From a virus (lineage: Duplodnaviria; Caudoviricetes): DNA of 31,647 nucleotides. The stretch lies in the IMG/VR virus record IMGVR_UViG_3300032227_000257, positions 1 to 31,647 of that record; one strand, given 5' to 3'. How positions within the stretch are numbered: position 1 is the first letter of the stretch; every line of letters starts with the position of its first letter. A model generated the notes under the pieces. That model was not told the DNA's origin. It ran no database searches and worked only from the letters and a program-made list of their open reading frames with translations. Shown in pieces: positions 8,116 through 14,747 of this stretch. Both the position numbers and the translations under genes were made by a program.

Positions 8116-8806
8116 GCCGTGGGAATATGTAATCACGGCGGTAGCCTCTGAGTATCATCGTAAGTTTGACATGGTCGAAATCGAAGATATCAAGCAGAGT
8201 CTATATGAATGGTTTGCAAAGCACCCTAACAAGGTAGCTGAGTGGGAGAAGATAGGTAACAAGGACGCAAAGAACCTTATCTATCGTAGCCTACGTAATC
8301 ATGCATTAGATTATTGTCAGAGGTGGAAGGCTAAGTCAGTTGGCTATGATGTGTCGGATATTTATTACTATGAAGCAGATGTTGTAGAAGCATTGCTTCC
8401 TGCTGTGTTACGTGGTGAGTATGGTGTTACACATAAGTTAAACTTAGGTAGACCAGGGCGTCCAAGCGCCCCTTCTGAAGGTGGCAATCTATCTGTCATG
8501 ATGATGGAAATAGACTCCGCATATTGGAAGTTAAGTAAAGAGGATAGAAAGATACTCTTCTTCCGATATGCAGAGTCTATGGACTACAAAGAGATAAGTA
8601 ATTACTTATCACTAGGTAGTGATGACGCAGCACGCATGAGAGGTAACAGAGCCGTCAAGCGACTGGTCAATAAACTGGGTGGCTTTAAGCCATACCTAGA
8701 CAAAGACCTTCAAGAGGAAGTAGGTGAAACCCCAGACGAATTTGTAGAGTCCGAAGAGCGCAGCCATCATGATGAATGGGAGCAAGCAAGCGAGGATAGT
8801 TTCTAG
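8096..8806 (+). CDS. Phage RNA polymerase sigma-70-like factor
   Basis: Region 2-like (EDIKQ...YRSLRNHALDY) and region 4 HTH (LSKEDRKILFFRY...YKEISNYL...RAVKRL); acidic tail. Confidence 0.75.
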   Translation: MNWQQIEPWEYVITAVASEYHRKFDMVEIEDIKQSLYEWFAKHPNKVAEWEKIGNKDAKNLIYRSLRNHALDYCQRWKAKSVGYDVSDIYYYEADVVEALLPAVLRGEYGVTHKLNLGRPGRPSAPSEGGNLSVMMMEIDSAYWKLSKEDRKILFFRYAESMDYKEISNYLSLGSDDAARMRGNRAVKRLVNKLGGFKPYLDKDLQEEVGETPDEFVESEERSHHDEWEQASEDSF

Positions 8807-8813
8807 TAATTTA

Positions 8814-9032
8814 CTATTCATCCTCTGGCTTGTACTCCTCATCAAAATTGCTTTCACTATCTATCATCTCTTGTATCATGCCTTCTAAATCTAACTCTGC
8901 TGGGTCAACATGTAGTGCTTCCCCATTTACATTGTAGAACTCTTCAATCTCTTTCATGCTAGCAAACTGTAGTTCATCAGACTGTAAGTCACAGGCTGAA
9001 CAACCACCGTCTTCGCATACTTCACATACCAT
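8814..9032 (-). CDS. Acidic hypothetical protein with N-terminal CxxC-x4-CxxC
   Basis: MVCEVCEDGGCSAC...; GGAGG RBS supports ATG 9032. Confidence 0.6.
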   Translation of the reverse strand: MVCEVCEDGGCSACDLQSDELQFASMKEIEEFYNVNGEALHVDPAELDLEGMIQEMIDSESNFDEEYKPEDE

Positions 9033-9034
9033 TG

Positions 9035-9211
9035 TTACCCTCCTGTTGAATAGAATCCACTGCCATTGAACTTGACAGGTGGTGCACTGTACACCCTTAC
9101 CATTGGCTCGTTGCAACTGTCGCAGTAAGGTATGATTTCATCATCGGTCATACCTCTACTGATTGTAACAGTGCTTGAGTCAATCTCACATTTGTATTCA
9201 TAACTTGCCAT
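9035..9211 (-). CDS. FmdB-family zinc-ribbon protein, 58 aa
   Basis: Hand-translated MASYEYKC...CDSC...RVYSAPPVKFNGSGFYSTGG; the YEYxC and FxGSGFY signatures are present but the second Cys is missing. Confidence 0.75.
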   Translation of the reverse strand: MASYEYKCEIDSSTVTISRGMTDDEIIPYCDSCNEPMVRVYSAPPVKFNGSGFYSTGG

Positions 9212-9390
9212 TAGCTCGCTCCTAAGTCTTCACTTCTTGGGTAGACAACAGTTTGTGCATCTGCCCATGGGTCAGCATCAATAGCCATTCTAAAAGAATC
9301 TTCTATGGCATTACGTAGTTCTCGGTGCATATCTCTATCGTTCTGTATATACTCACGGTTTGCTACAACCTGATGTAGAAACTCAGTCAT
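9211..9390 (-). CDS. Hypothetical protein, 59 aa (MTEFLHQVVANREYIQNDRDMHRELRNAIEDSF...)
   Basis: Hand-translated; overlaps both neighbouring genes by a few bases. Confidence 0.65.
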   Translation of the reverse strand: MTEFLHQVVANREYIQNDRDMHRELRNAIEDSFRMAIDADPWADAQTVVYPRSEDLGAS

Positions 9391-9607
9391 CTTCTATCTC
9401 CGTTCCTTCTGGTGTTGGTGCTGTTGCTAGTGTACCACACTCAGCACACTCCATGTCAAGGAAGTACATACCAATCTCTCCGTTGTCATCAAAGATAGTC
9501 TTGAGATTCCAAATCTCACAGCCACATGGGCACACTAGTGTAGGCTCACCGCGTATGTCCATAGCCTGACTGTAATCAGGACGCATCTCTGTTACATGCT
9601 TAGCCAT
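9383..9607 (-). CDS. Zinc-ribbon hypothetical protein
   Basis: CPCG...CAECG motifs. Confidence 0.65.
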   Translation of the reverse strand: MAKHVTEMRPDYSQAMDIRGEPTLVCPCGCEIWNLKTIFDDNGEIGMYFLDMECAECGTLATAPTPEGTEIEDD

Positions 9608-9999
9608 TAGTAGTTACCATTCCTTTTCCAATGAGACCATGCTTCGCATGGCGTGTTGTACCTATAGTAAATATAATCAAGTCCTCTGTCAATTTGTTGT
9701 GGTGCAGGTGTGTCAGGGTCAAGCCCCAACAGTTGTGGTATACCACCAGCGTGCTTCCCCATTACGCGGATAGTATTGAAAGCACTTGGATTCCAAGCAC
9801 TCTCTTTGCCCCACAACATGTTGAGGCATGACACCTGATTATCTTTCCACTCGTTGAGTTTGTCTCTAGCGTATGCCTTGCTATCTGCCTTACTCCAAGA
9901 GACTCGCACGTCTTTGTCTGTTGTGTCCGTGGCTGTCTTTGAGTTGTCGGTCAGTAGTAAAGCTACCACTACGAGTAGTAAGAAAGTTAATGATTTCAT
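9607..9999 (-). CDS. Exported lytic transglycosylase (SLT/lysozyme-like)
   Basis: Signal-peptide-like N-terminus; CL..LWGKESAWN, GGIPQ, GLDYI..RY.TPCEAW motifs. Confidence 0.75.
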   Translation of the reverse strand: MKSLTFLLLVVVALLLTDNSKTATDTTDKDVRVSWSKADSKAYARDKLNEWKDNQVSCLNMLWGKESAWNPSAFNTIRVMGKHAGGIPQLLGLDPDTPAPQQIDRGLDYIYYRYNTPCEAWSHWKRNGNY

Positions 10000-10325
10000 T
10001 TAGTGATTGCCCTTACTCTGTGTGCGAAGTTAATCATAGACCTACGATTGTTCCATGTTACTGAAACATCTGCAAGTAGGACACGCTCACCAGGTAGAGT
10101 GCCTCCCCAAATACCATTGTCTAAGTTCTCTCTCTTCATACCCTCAGCAAAGCATTCAGCCTTAGCAGGGCATGCATTGCAGATAGATAGCGCGGTCTGT
10201 ACGTTAGCGATGCGTTGCTTATACTCTGCGCTGTTCTCATTGACGTGGTAGTTGTCAATGTCGCTGTCAATAGACTCGCTGAACCATAGGTCAGGGTTCT
10301 CATGACCTGTGCATAGACCTTGCAT
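9996..10325 (-). CDS. whiB: WhiB-family Fe-S transcription factor
   Basis: C...PDLWF...CNACPAKAEC...GIWGG motifs. Confidence 0.9.
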   Translation of the reverse strand: MQGLCTGHENPDLWFSESIDSDIDNYHVNENSAEYKQRIANVQTALSICNACPAKAECFAEGMKRENLDNGIWGGTLPGERVLLADVSVTWNNRRSMINFAHRVRAITK

Positions 10326-10335
10326 ACTCTATCTC

Positions 10336-10443
10336 CTATCTCTCTAGTGCTATCTCTGTCATCTCGTCGAATTCTTCGTCGAGTTCTTCCTCATCATCAT
10401 AGCCTAATGCTATGTCATCGTCAAGCGGTGGTTCGTAACTCAT
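10336..10443 (-). CDS. Highly acidic 35-aa peptide (MSYEPPLDDDIALGYDDEEELDEEFDEMTEIALER)
   Basis: Hand-translated; GGAAGGGAG RBS upstream. Confidence 0.5.
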   Translation of the reverse strand: MSYEPPLDDDIALGYDDEEELDEEFDEMTEIALER

Positions 10444-10585
10444 GCTTGAACTCCCTTCCTACCTCATAAGCAGCAGCAATAAAGTCTACTTGCTCAGTTA
10501 ATTTTCTCATAAGTTCGTGCTGTTTGTCAAGCGATAGATGAGACATCATCTCTCTTGATAACTCTGCCTTCCATACAATGTTCAT
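10421..10585 (-). CDS. Hypothetical protein, 54 aa (MNIVWKAELSREMMSHL...)
   Basis: Hand-translated; ATGA overlap with the upstream gene; GAGG RBS. Confidence 0.55.
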   Translation of the reverse strand: MNIVWKAELSREMMSHLSLDKQHELMRKLTEQVDFIAAAYEVGREFKHELRTTA

Positions 10586-10908
10586 TCTCTATCCTCTCTA
10601 ATGTGTTGTGTTTGTTCTGACCTACAATCCATGCAGTAATACTTGTATTGTATCTCACTACTATGGTTGATGTCAAATACCCACCTATGTTCACAACCAA
10701 TGGTGCTAAAGATAGCACGCACTAGCCGTTCTGTTGGTGAGTCCCACCAATTCTGTACATTTCTAATAACACTTCGTACATTATAAATTACATAATTGTA
10801 CTCTGCCTGTATAAATACACCACGATAGAGTGGAGTATACTGTGCAGGGAATGTTGGTGATGATTGACGCTCGCGTTGAGCAACAACCTTGTGCATAAAC
10901 TCTGTCAT
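10582..10908 (-). CDS. Hypothetical protein with C-terminal CxH...CxxC
   Basis: ORF track; GGAGA RBS. Confidence 0.6.
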   Translation of the reverse strand: MTEFMHKVVAQRERQSSPTFPAQYTPLYRGVFIQAEYNYVIYNVRSVIRNVQNWWDSPTERLVRAIFSTIGCEHRWVFDINHSSEIQYKYYCMDCRSEQTQHIREDRE

Positions 10909-10932
10909 AGTATCTCCAATCTATAATGATAG

Positions 10933-10960
10933 TGAGCAGTTTATACTCATACTCAGGAGT
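10933..10960 (-). ncRNA. Compact H-type pseudoknot in an intergenic region
   Basis: Minus strand ACTC-C-TGAGTA-T-GAGT-ATAAAC-TGCTCA: P1 ACTC/GAGT, P2 TGAGTA/TGCTCA. Confidence 0.4.
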
Positions 10961-10965
10961 TATGC

Positions 10966-11229
10966 TTACCCTTCGAACACTACTTCTGTGTAGCCGTCGA
11001 GTCGGTCATGTGTTGTGACTAACCCCTTGCTACCAGTAAGGTGCTTGTATGTGCCGTTGCCTAGTGATACCCACATAGACTTAGGCTTGAAGCGTGTCTG
11101 TGAAGCAAGTGCCTTCACGATAGTACCACGCTTTGGATAGTCAGTTGATGTGTCGATTGCGTTGTATGAAATCTCATCTGCGATAACGCGTAGTTCCTCA
11201 GCGAGATTTAGAATTGCGGTTGTGGACAT
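10966..11229 (-). CDS. Hypothetical protein
   Basis: ORF track; GAGAGG RBS. Confidence 0.65.
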   Translation of the reverse strand: MSTTAILNLAEELRVIADEISYNAIDTSTDYPKRGTIVKALASQTRFKPKSMWVSLGNGTYKHLTGSKGLVTTHDRLDGYTEVVFEG

Positions 11230-11244
11230 TTGTTACCTCTCTAG

Positions 11245-12054
11245 TTAGTATAGGAAATCGGCAAGGCTTCTCTTGCTTTGCCAATCTTTGTTTGGTGTGT
11301 AACATAAGCAATCATCTATCATGATTGAACAATCAAAGCATGATTTGCAAATGGTACAGTAGTACGGGTTCTCTGTCAAATCTGTGGCAGACTCACAGTA
11401 GGGACACATCTCTAAGTCTGCGTCCAAATCTACTGTGTAGTCCCACAGTTTGTCGGTATAATCTATGGCTTTGACAGGTTCTAGGTAGGTAGTACGCTTA
11501 TGACTTTGGTTACTCCACCAGATACCTTCATTGTCCCATGAACCAGCCGACTCATTGAGTAGATACATAGGGTGTTGTGCTGCTGGGTCACATGTTAGGA
11601 TAGCAATCTTGCTACCCTTAGCCCAAGTCTCAGCCATTATCCATACGTTATCATCATCAAGTGCAGATACGCCACCAATTCTAGGTAGTGTATCCTCAGC
11701 GAAGACTCGCGTATCACTACGCTTGTCGGACTTGCCGATACTTATGTCAAGCACACCATTGTGTGCTAGGTAAGTACGCTCATCATTACCAACCTTAAAT
11801 GGGTGGCAATTCTGTTCGTTCTTAACACCATGTGTGGCGTATCGTGCGTGCCACATGGCGTAGCCGTCTGGGAATTGCTTGCGTAATTCCAAGAAGCGTG
11901 CAATAGATTTTTTAGCAGACATGCTACGCTCTGAGATAATTCTATCTCCAGCATGAATAGCAAAGCCAAATCCGTGTGGATTGCTACACGCACCAGCGTG
12001 TAAGTCTGCTTTGTTTGGTGTGGAGTTTGGCTCGCACACTACAAGTAAGCACAT
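11245..12054 (-). CDS. Class II glutamine amidotransferase (Ntn hydrolase) with Cys-rich C-terminus
   Basis: N-terminal MC, NPHGFG, HARYATHG, NCHPF, AHNG and SDT motifs. Confidence 0.9.
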   Translation of the reverse strand: MCLLVVCEPNSTPNKADLHAGACSNPHGFGFAIHAGDRIISERSMSAKKSIARFLELRKQFPDGYAMWHARYATHGVKNEQNCHPFKVGNDERTYLAHNGVLDISIGKSDKRSDTRVFAEDTLPRIGGVSALDDDNVWIMAETWAKGSKIAILTCDPAAQHPMYLLNESAGSWDNEGIWWSNQSHKRTTYLEPVKAIDYTDKLWDYTVDLDADLEMCPYCESATDLTENPYYCTICKSCFDCSIMIDDCLCYTPNKDWQSKRSLADFLY

Positions 12055-12066
12055 AGTATCATCTCC

Positions 12067-13356
12067 CTAAGCGTTAGCAGTTATCTTGTTGTTAATGTCT
12101 ACTGATTGTATCTTGTCCAACCTAGAGTATAGGTCGGGGTAGAGTCCATTGTTGGACACTACATAGTCAGCGAACCAGTCCCAAGATAATGCGCCAAGTT
12201 TGACGTCATCTAGTCGTAGTTCCCTAGTGTATTCTACCATGGCTTGTGCTAAGTCTAGGGCACTTAACACGCCACTTGCTTTCATTGTGCCTCTAAAGAA
12301 GCGCAATTCTATGGTGTTAGGGTTCTGCGTATTGACCGCAGAGTACCTCTCTGTATGGTTGCGGTCGGGACTACCGACCTTGTGCTTGATAGAGAATACT
12401 GGGCGGTCATACTCATCAAAGGTATAGACATCATTAAACCTTGCAAAGCGTGACTTGCGTCCAGCAAACTTCATCATGTGTGGTGCGTTCTTATACACAA
12501 AGGCTATGAACCTATGCATGTGTGCGCCACTACTAAATCCGTCACGACTTAGGTGTATGTGTAGACCGCATGTGTCTGTATCCCACGACCTAGCGTCATA
12601 GTCTTTGCGTAGTGTCTCTATGGTATCCCATAGTAGGGCACTATTGTCTCGATACTGTTGGTGTGTATGTGGGTGAGTTACAATCTCGAACCCACTACTA
12701 ATGCTTCCGTCATGTTTGAGGTAGGCAGTACCTTGCAAGGCACTAGAGGCAAAGAGTGAGCCGTCATCTACGCGTCTCATCTCTGTCTCTAACTCAAAGC
12801 CAAGATACATCTTGTGCTTGCTCACACCCTTAAAGATAGGTGCTGGCTTGCATGAGTAGTCGTGGATAGTACCGCTTGCGCGGTATCCACGACAACACTT
12901 ACCCTCGATAGGATTACTCTCACGACAATCGCAAGGGTAGTCATTGTGGTATGACTCATCACAATCATCACAGTAGTAACAATTCTCAGAGAAGCAATTC
13001 TCACAGTATGGATTATCACTAACGTAGGTTGTAGTCTCTGATGACGACTCGCAACAATTCTCACAGTAGTAACTGTAATTCTCCCAGCAATAGTCGCACC
13101 ATTCCTCATTGTCTACGGTGTGGCTGTTCTCGCTAGGCATACCGTCCTCGCAACGCTGACAGTAACTAGCGCAATTAGTGCACCATAACTCACCATTGAC
13201 GTGGACGTTATCGTCCATGTCGCGTATGTCGTTGCACTCATGGCAACTAAACACACACTCATTACAGTAGGCATGGTCATTAACCACTAGTTCATCTCCG
13301 TCATCTATTGTGTTGCCACAATTCGTACACTCTCTAGTGTTATCATCATTCTCCAT
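12067..13356 (-). CDS. Amidoligase (COOH-NH2 ligase, glutamine-synthetase-like fold) with N-terminal CxxC repeats
   Basis: GFELE, HDGS, FEIVTHP, CGLHIH, RYSAVN and TIELR motifs; start ATG 13356 (track gives 13365). Confidence 0.85.
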   Translation of the reverse strand: MENDDNTRECTNCGNTIDDGDELVVNDHAYCNECVFSCHECNDIRDMDDNVHVNGELWCTNCASYCQRCEDGMPSENSHTVDNEEWCDYCWENYSYYCENCCESSSETTTYVSDNPYCENCFSENCYYCDDCDESYHNDYPCDCRESNPIEGKCCRGYRASGTIHDYSCKPAPIFKGVSKHKMYLGFELETEMRRVDDGSLFASSALQGTAYLKHDGSISSGFEIVTHPHTHQQYRDNSALLWDTIETLRKDYDARSWDTDTCGLHIHLSRDGFSSGAHMHRFIAFVYKNAPHMMKFAGRKSRFARFNDVYTFDEYDRPVFSIKHKVGSPDRNHTERYSAVNTQNPNTIELRFFRGTMKASGVLSALDLAQAMVEYTRELRLDDVKLGALSWDWFADYVVSNNGLYPDLYSRLDKIQSVDINNKITANA

Positions 13357-13386
13357 GTATCTCACCCCCTCTCTCTGTATAGTCGT

Positions 13387-13415
13387 AGTATAGCATAGTG
13401 TTAAGCCTTTGTCAA
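13387..13415 (-). promoter_or_regulatory. Consensus early promoter P6
   Basis: TTGACA-N17-TATACT with extended TGn; directly upstream of the amidoligase. Confidence 0.8.
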
Positions 13416-13586
13416 TTCTTTAGCGTTGTCAATTATAGCGTCTGCTATCTTGGAGCGCAAGGTCTGAACCTCTAGCACTAGGCTAGGGAAGTCGTTGCGC
13501 TTATGGGTATCCTCTTGCACTCTAAGTGCCATGCGGATTACCTCGACCTCACGTGGTGTAAGGTCTAGCAATAGGTTATCGTTCAT
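13401..13586 (-). CDS. Hypothetical protein
   Basis: ORF track; TAATG coupling with the upstream gene. Confidence 0.6.
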   Translation of the reverse strand: MNDNLLLDLTPREVEVIRMALRVQEDTHKRNDFPSLVLEVQTLRSKIADAIIDNAKELTKA

Positions 13587-13750
13587 TATTTATCCCAAAT
13601 TGTAGGGTCTGTGTGTAGTCGTAACTCACGCTTGTATCCCGTGAGTTTGCGTTCTAATACATAGACTCTACGGAAGGCAATCACTAGCATAGTGTTAGCA
13701 AGTGCTAACGCTATTACTACCGCGAGCAAGTCGCTTGTAGATAGTGTCAT
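13586..13750 (-). CDS. Small membrane protein, 54 aa (MTLSTSDLLAVVIALALANTMLVIAFRR...)
   Basis: Hand-translated; GAGAGAGG RBS; one TM helix followed by basic residues. Confidence 0.65.
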   Translation of the reverse strand: MTLSTSDLLAVVIALALANTMLVIAFRRVYVLERKLTGYKRELRLHTDPTIWDK

Positions 13751-13778
13751 GTCTAACCTCTCTCTATTTGATAGGCTT

Positions 13779-13807
13779 AGCCTACCATAGACTCAACCCC
13801 ATGTCAA
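13779..13807 (-). promoter_or_regulatory. Consensus early promoter P5
   Basis: TTGACA-N17-TAGGCT with extended TGn. Confidence 0.75.
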
Positions 13808-13810
13808 GTC

Positions 13811-13862
13811 TAGTGCCACGCTAGGACTCGAACCTAGACCTACCCCCACAATCGGGCGTGGC
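13811..13862 (-). ncRNA. Anticodon-less tRNA-like element, copy 1
   Basis: GCCACG/CGTGGC outer stem abutting a CTAGG-TTCGAGT-CCTAG T-arm, short internal hairpin, 3' ACTA. Confidence 0.5.
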
Positions 13863-13868
13863 GTAATG

Positions 13869-14024
13869 CTATCGGGCTTGGAGACCGCGTAGGCGTGTCT
13901 GCTTGGTGGCAGGTTGCCATGGCGTTTGGAGCAGGTTAGCGTGGAATAGTGCCTTAGCACTCTCTCGCGCCTCTAGCCAATCGTAGGCTCGCGCCTCGGC
14001 TAGTAGTCTATCTTGTGCCGTCAT
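13869..14024 (-). CDS. Hypothetical protein, 51 aa (MTAQDRLLAEARAYDWLEARE...)
   Basis: Hand-translated; GAGAGAGG RBS. Confidence 0.6.
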   Translation of the reverse strand: MTAQDRLLAEARAYDWLEARESAKALFHANLLQTPWQPATKQTRLRGLQAR

Positions 14025-14048
14025 GTAGTACCTCTCTCATGGTCGTGT

Positions 14049-14372
14049 TTAATCGTTCGCGTCTATGTGGACGCTTGGGAGCGTGGCGCGGAACTCGCGT
14101 TCGCGTTCGGCTAGTGCAAGGACACGCGCTAGGCGTTCCTGTTCTTGGTCGCTAAGGGTCGGTAGTACGCGCTCAACCTTAGGTCGGTTGGTCGTGACAG
14201 CGTGGCGTTGGCGTGTACGCGTTAGGCGTACGGCTTTACCATGCTTAGTGTCGCTTAGTCGTGCCCCATTAGTGCCCAAGCGTCTATCAGACGCACGGAC
14301 GCTAGGTGGCGTGACTACTATACTACCCGAACCCCCGTAGGGGTTATAGGTCAAGGGTCTATCCTCTCTCAT
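14049..14372 (-). CDS. Arg-rich hypothetical protein, probable first early gene
   Basis: ORF track; real start may be the TTG a few codons in, downstream of GAGAGAGG. Confidence 0.6.
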   Translation of the reverse strand: MREDRPLTYNPYGGSGSIVVTPPSVRASDRRLGTNGARLSDTKHGKAVRLTRTRQRHAVTTNRPKVERVLPTLSDQEQERLARVLALAEREREFRATLPSVHIDAND

Positions 14373-14397
14373 GCTTAGCCTAGCACCATGCTAGGTC

Positions 14398-14444
14398 TAG
14401 TGTCGCGCTAGGTTGTGAACCTAGTATAGTCTAAACTACGCGAC
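14398..14444 (-). ncRNA. Anticodon-less tRNA-like element, copy 2
   Basis: GTCGCG/CGCGAC outer stem, TAGT-TTAG-ACTA hairpin, CTAGG-TTCACAA-CCTAG T-arm, 3' ACTA. Confidence 0.45.
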
Positions 14445-14451
14445 TTGTCAA
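14423..14451 (-). promoter_or_regulatory. Consensus early promoter P4
   Basis: TTGACA-N17-TATACT. Confidence 0.8.
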
Positions 14452-14509
14452 GTCGGTTATTCTAGTGTCCTGTTACCACGGGCGACCCGCTGTTACTAGT
14501 AACTAGTGG

Positions 14510-14538
14510 AGACTAGCATAACCTTATTGACTTGTCAA
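14510..14538 (-). promoter_or_regulatory. Consensus early promoter P3
   Basis: TTGACA-N17-TAGTCT with extended TGn. Confidence 0.75.
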
Positions 14539-14580
14539 GTCGAGGACGCTCCCTCTCGGGGTTTCGACTTGTTGAGGGAT

Positions 14581-14609
14581 ACTTTACACTATCCCTCGAC
14601 ACTTGTCAA
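14581..14609 (-). promoter_or_regulatory. Consensus early promoter P2
   Basis: TTGACA-N17-TAAAGT. Confidence 0.75.
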
Positions 14610-14676
14610 GTCTATCGACTATCCGCGTGTCGTGTTATCTGTTGAGGGTTTCGCCCTCTATCTGATGACAAGTAGA

Positions 14677-14705
14677 ACTATACCCCATCAGACTAGGCGT
14701 GTCAA
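14677..14705 (-). promoter_or_regulatory. Consensus early promoter P1
   Basis: TTGACA-N17-TATAGT. Confidence 0.8.
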
Positions 14706-14747
14706 GTCGAAACAAGGGAAACTAGGTAACGATTAGATAACGTTTCG

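Noticed and set aside
10930-10962. Hammerhead ribozyme
   Set aside because: CTGAGTATGA does not match the CUGANGA core, and the GAAA and three-stem arrangement are missing.
13811-13862. Canonical tRNA gene or attP tRNA fragment
   Set aside because: Only about 50 nt, with no anticodon arm and no CCA; no integrase in the window. Kept as a tRNA-like element instead.
14461-14548. Third copy of the tRNA-like element
   Set aside because: Shares the GACACTAGA 3' end and a 5-bp GTCCT/AGGAC pairing on the minus strand but lacks the CTAGG-TTC T-arm.
14506-14736. 76-aa plus-strand ORF
   Set aside because: Antisense to stacked promoters, no clear RBS, no protein-like features.
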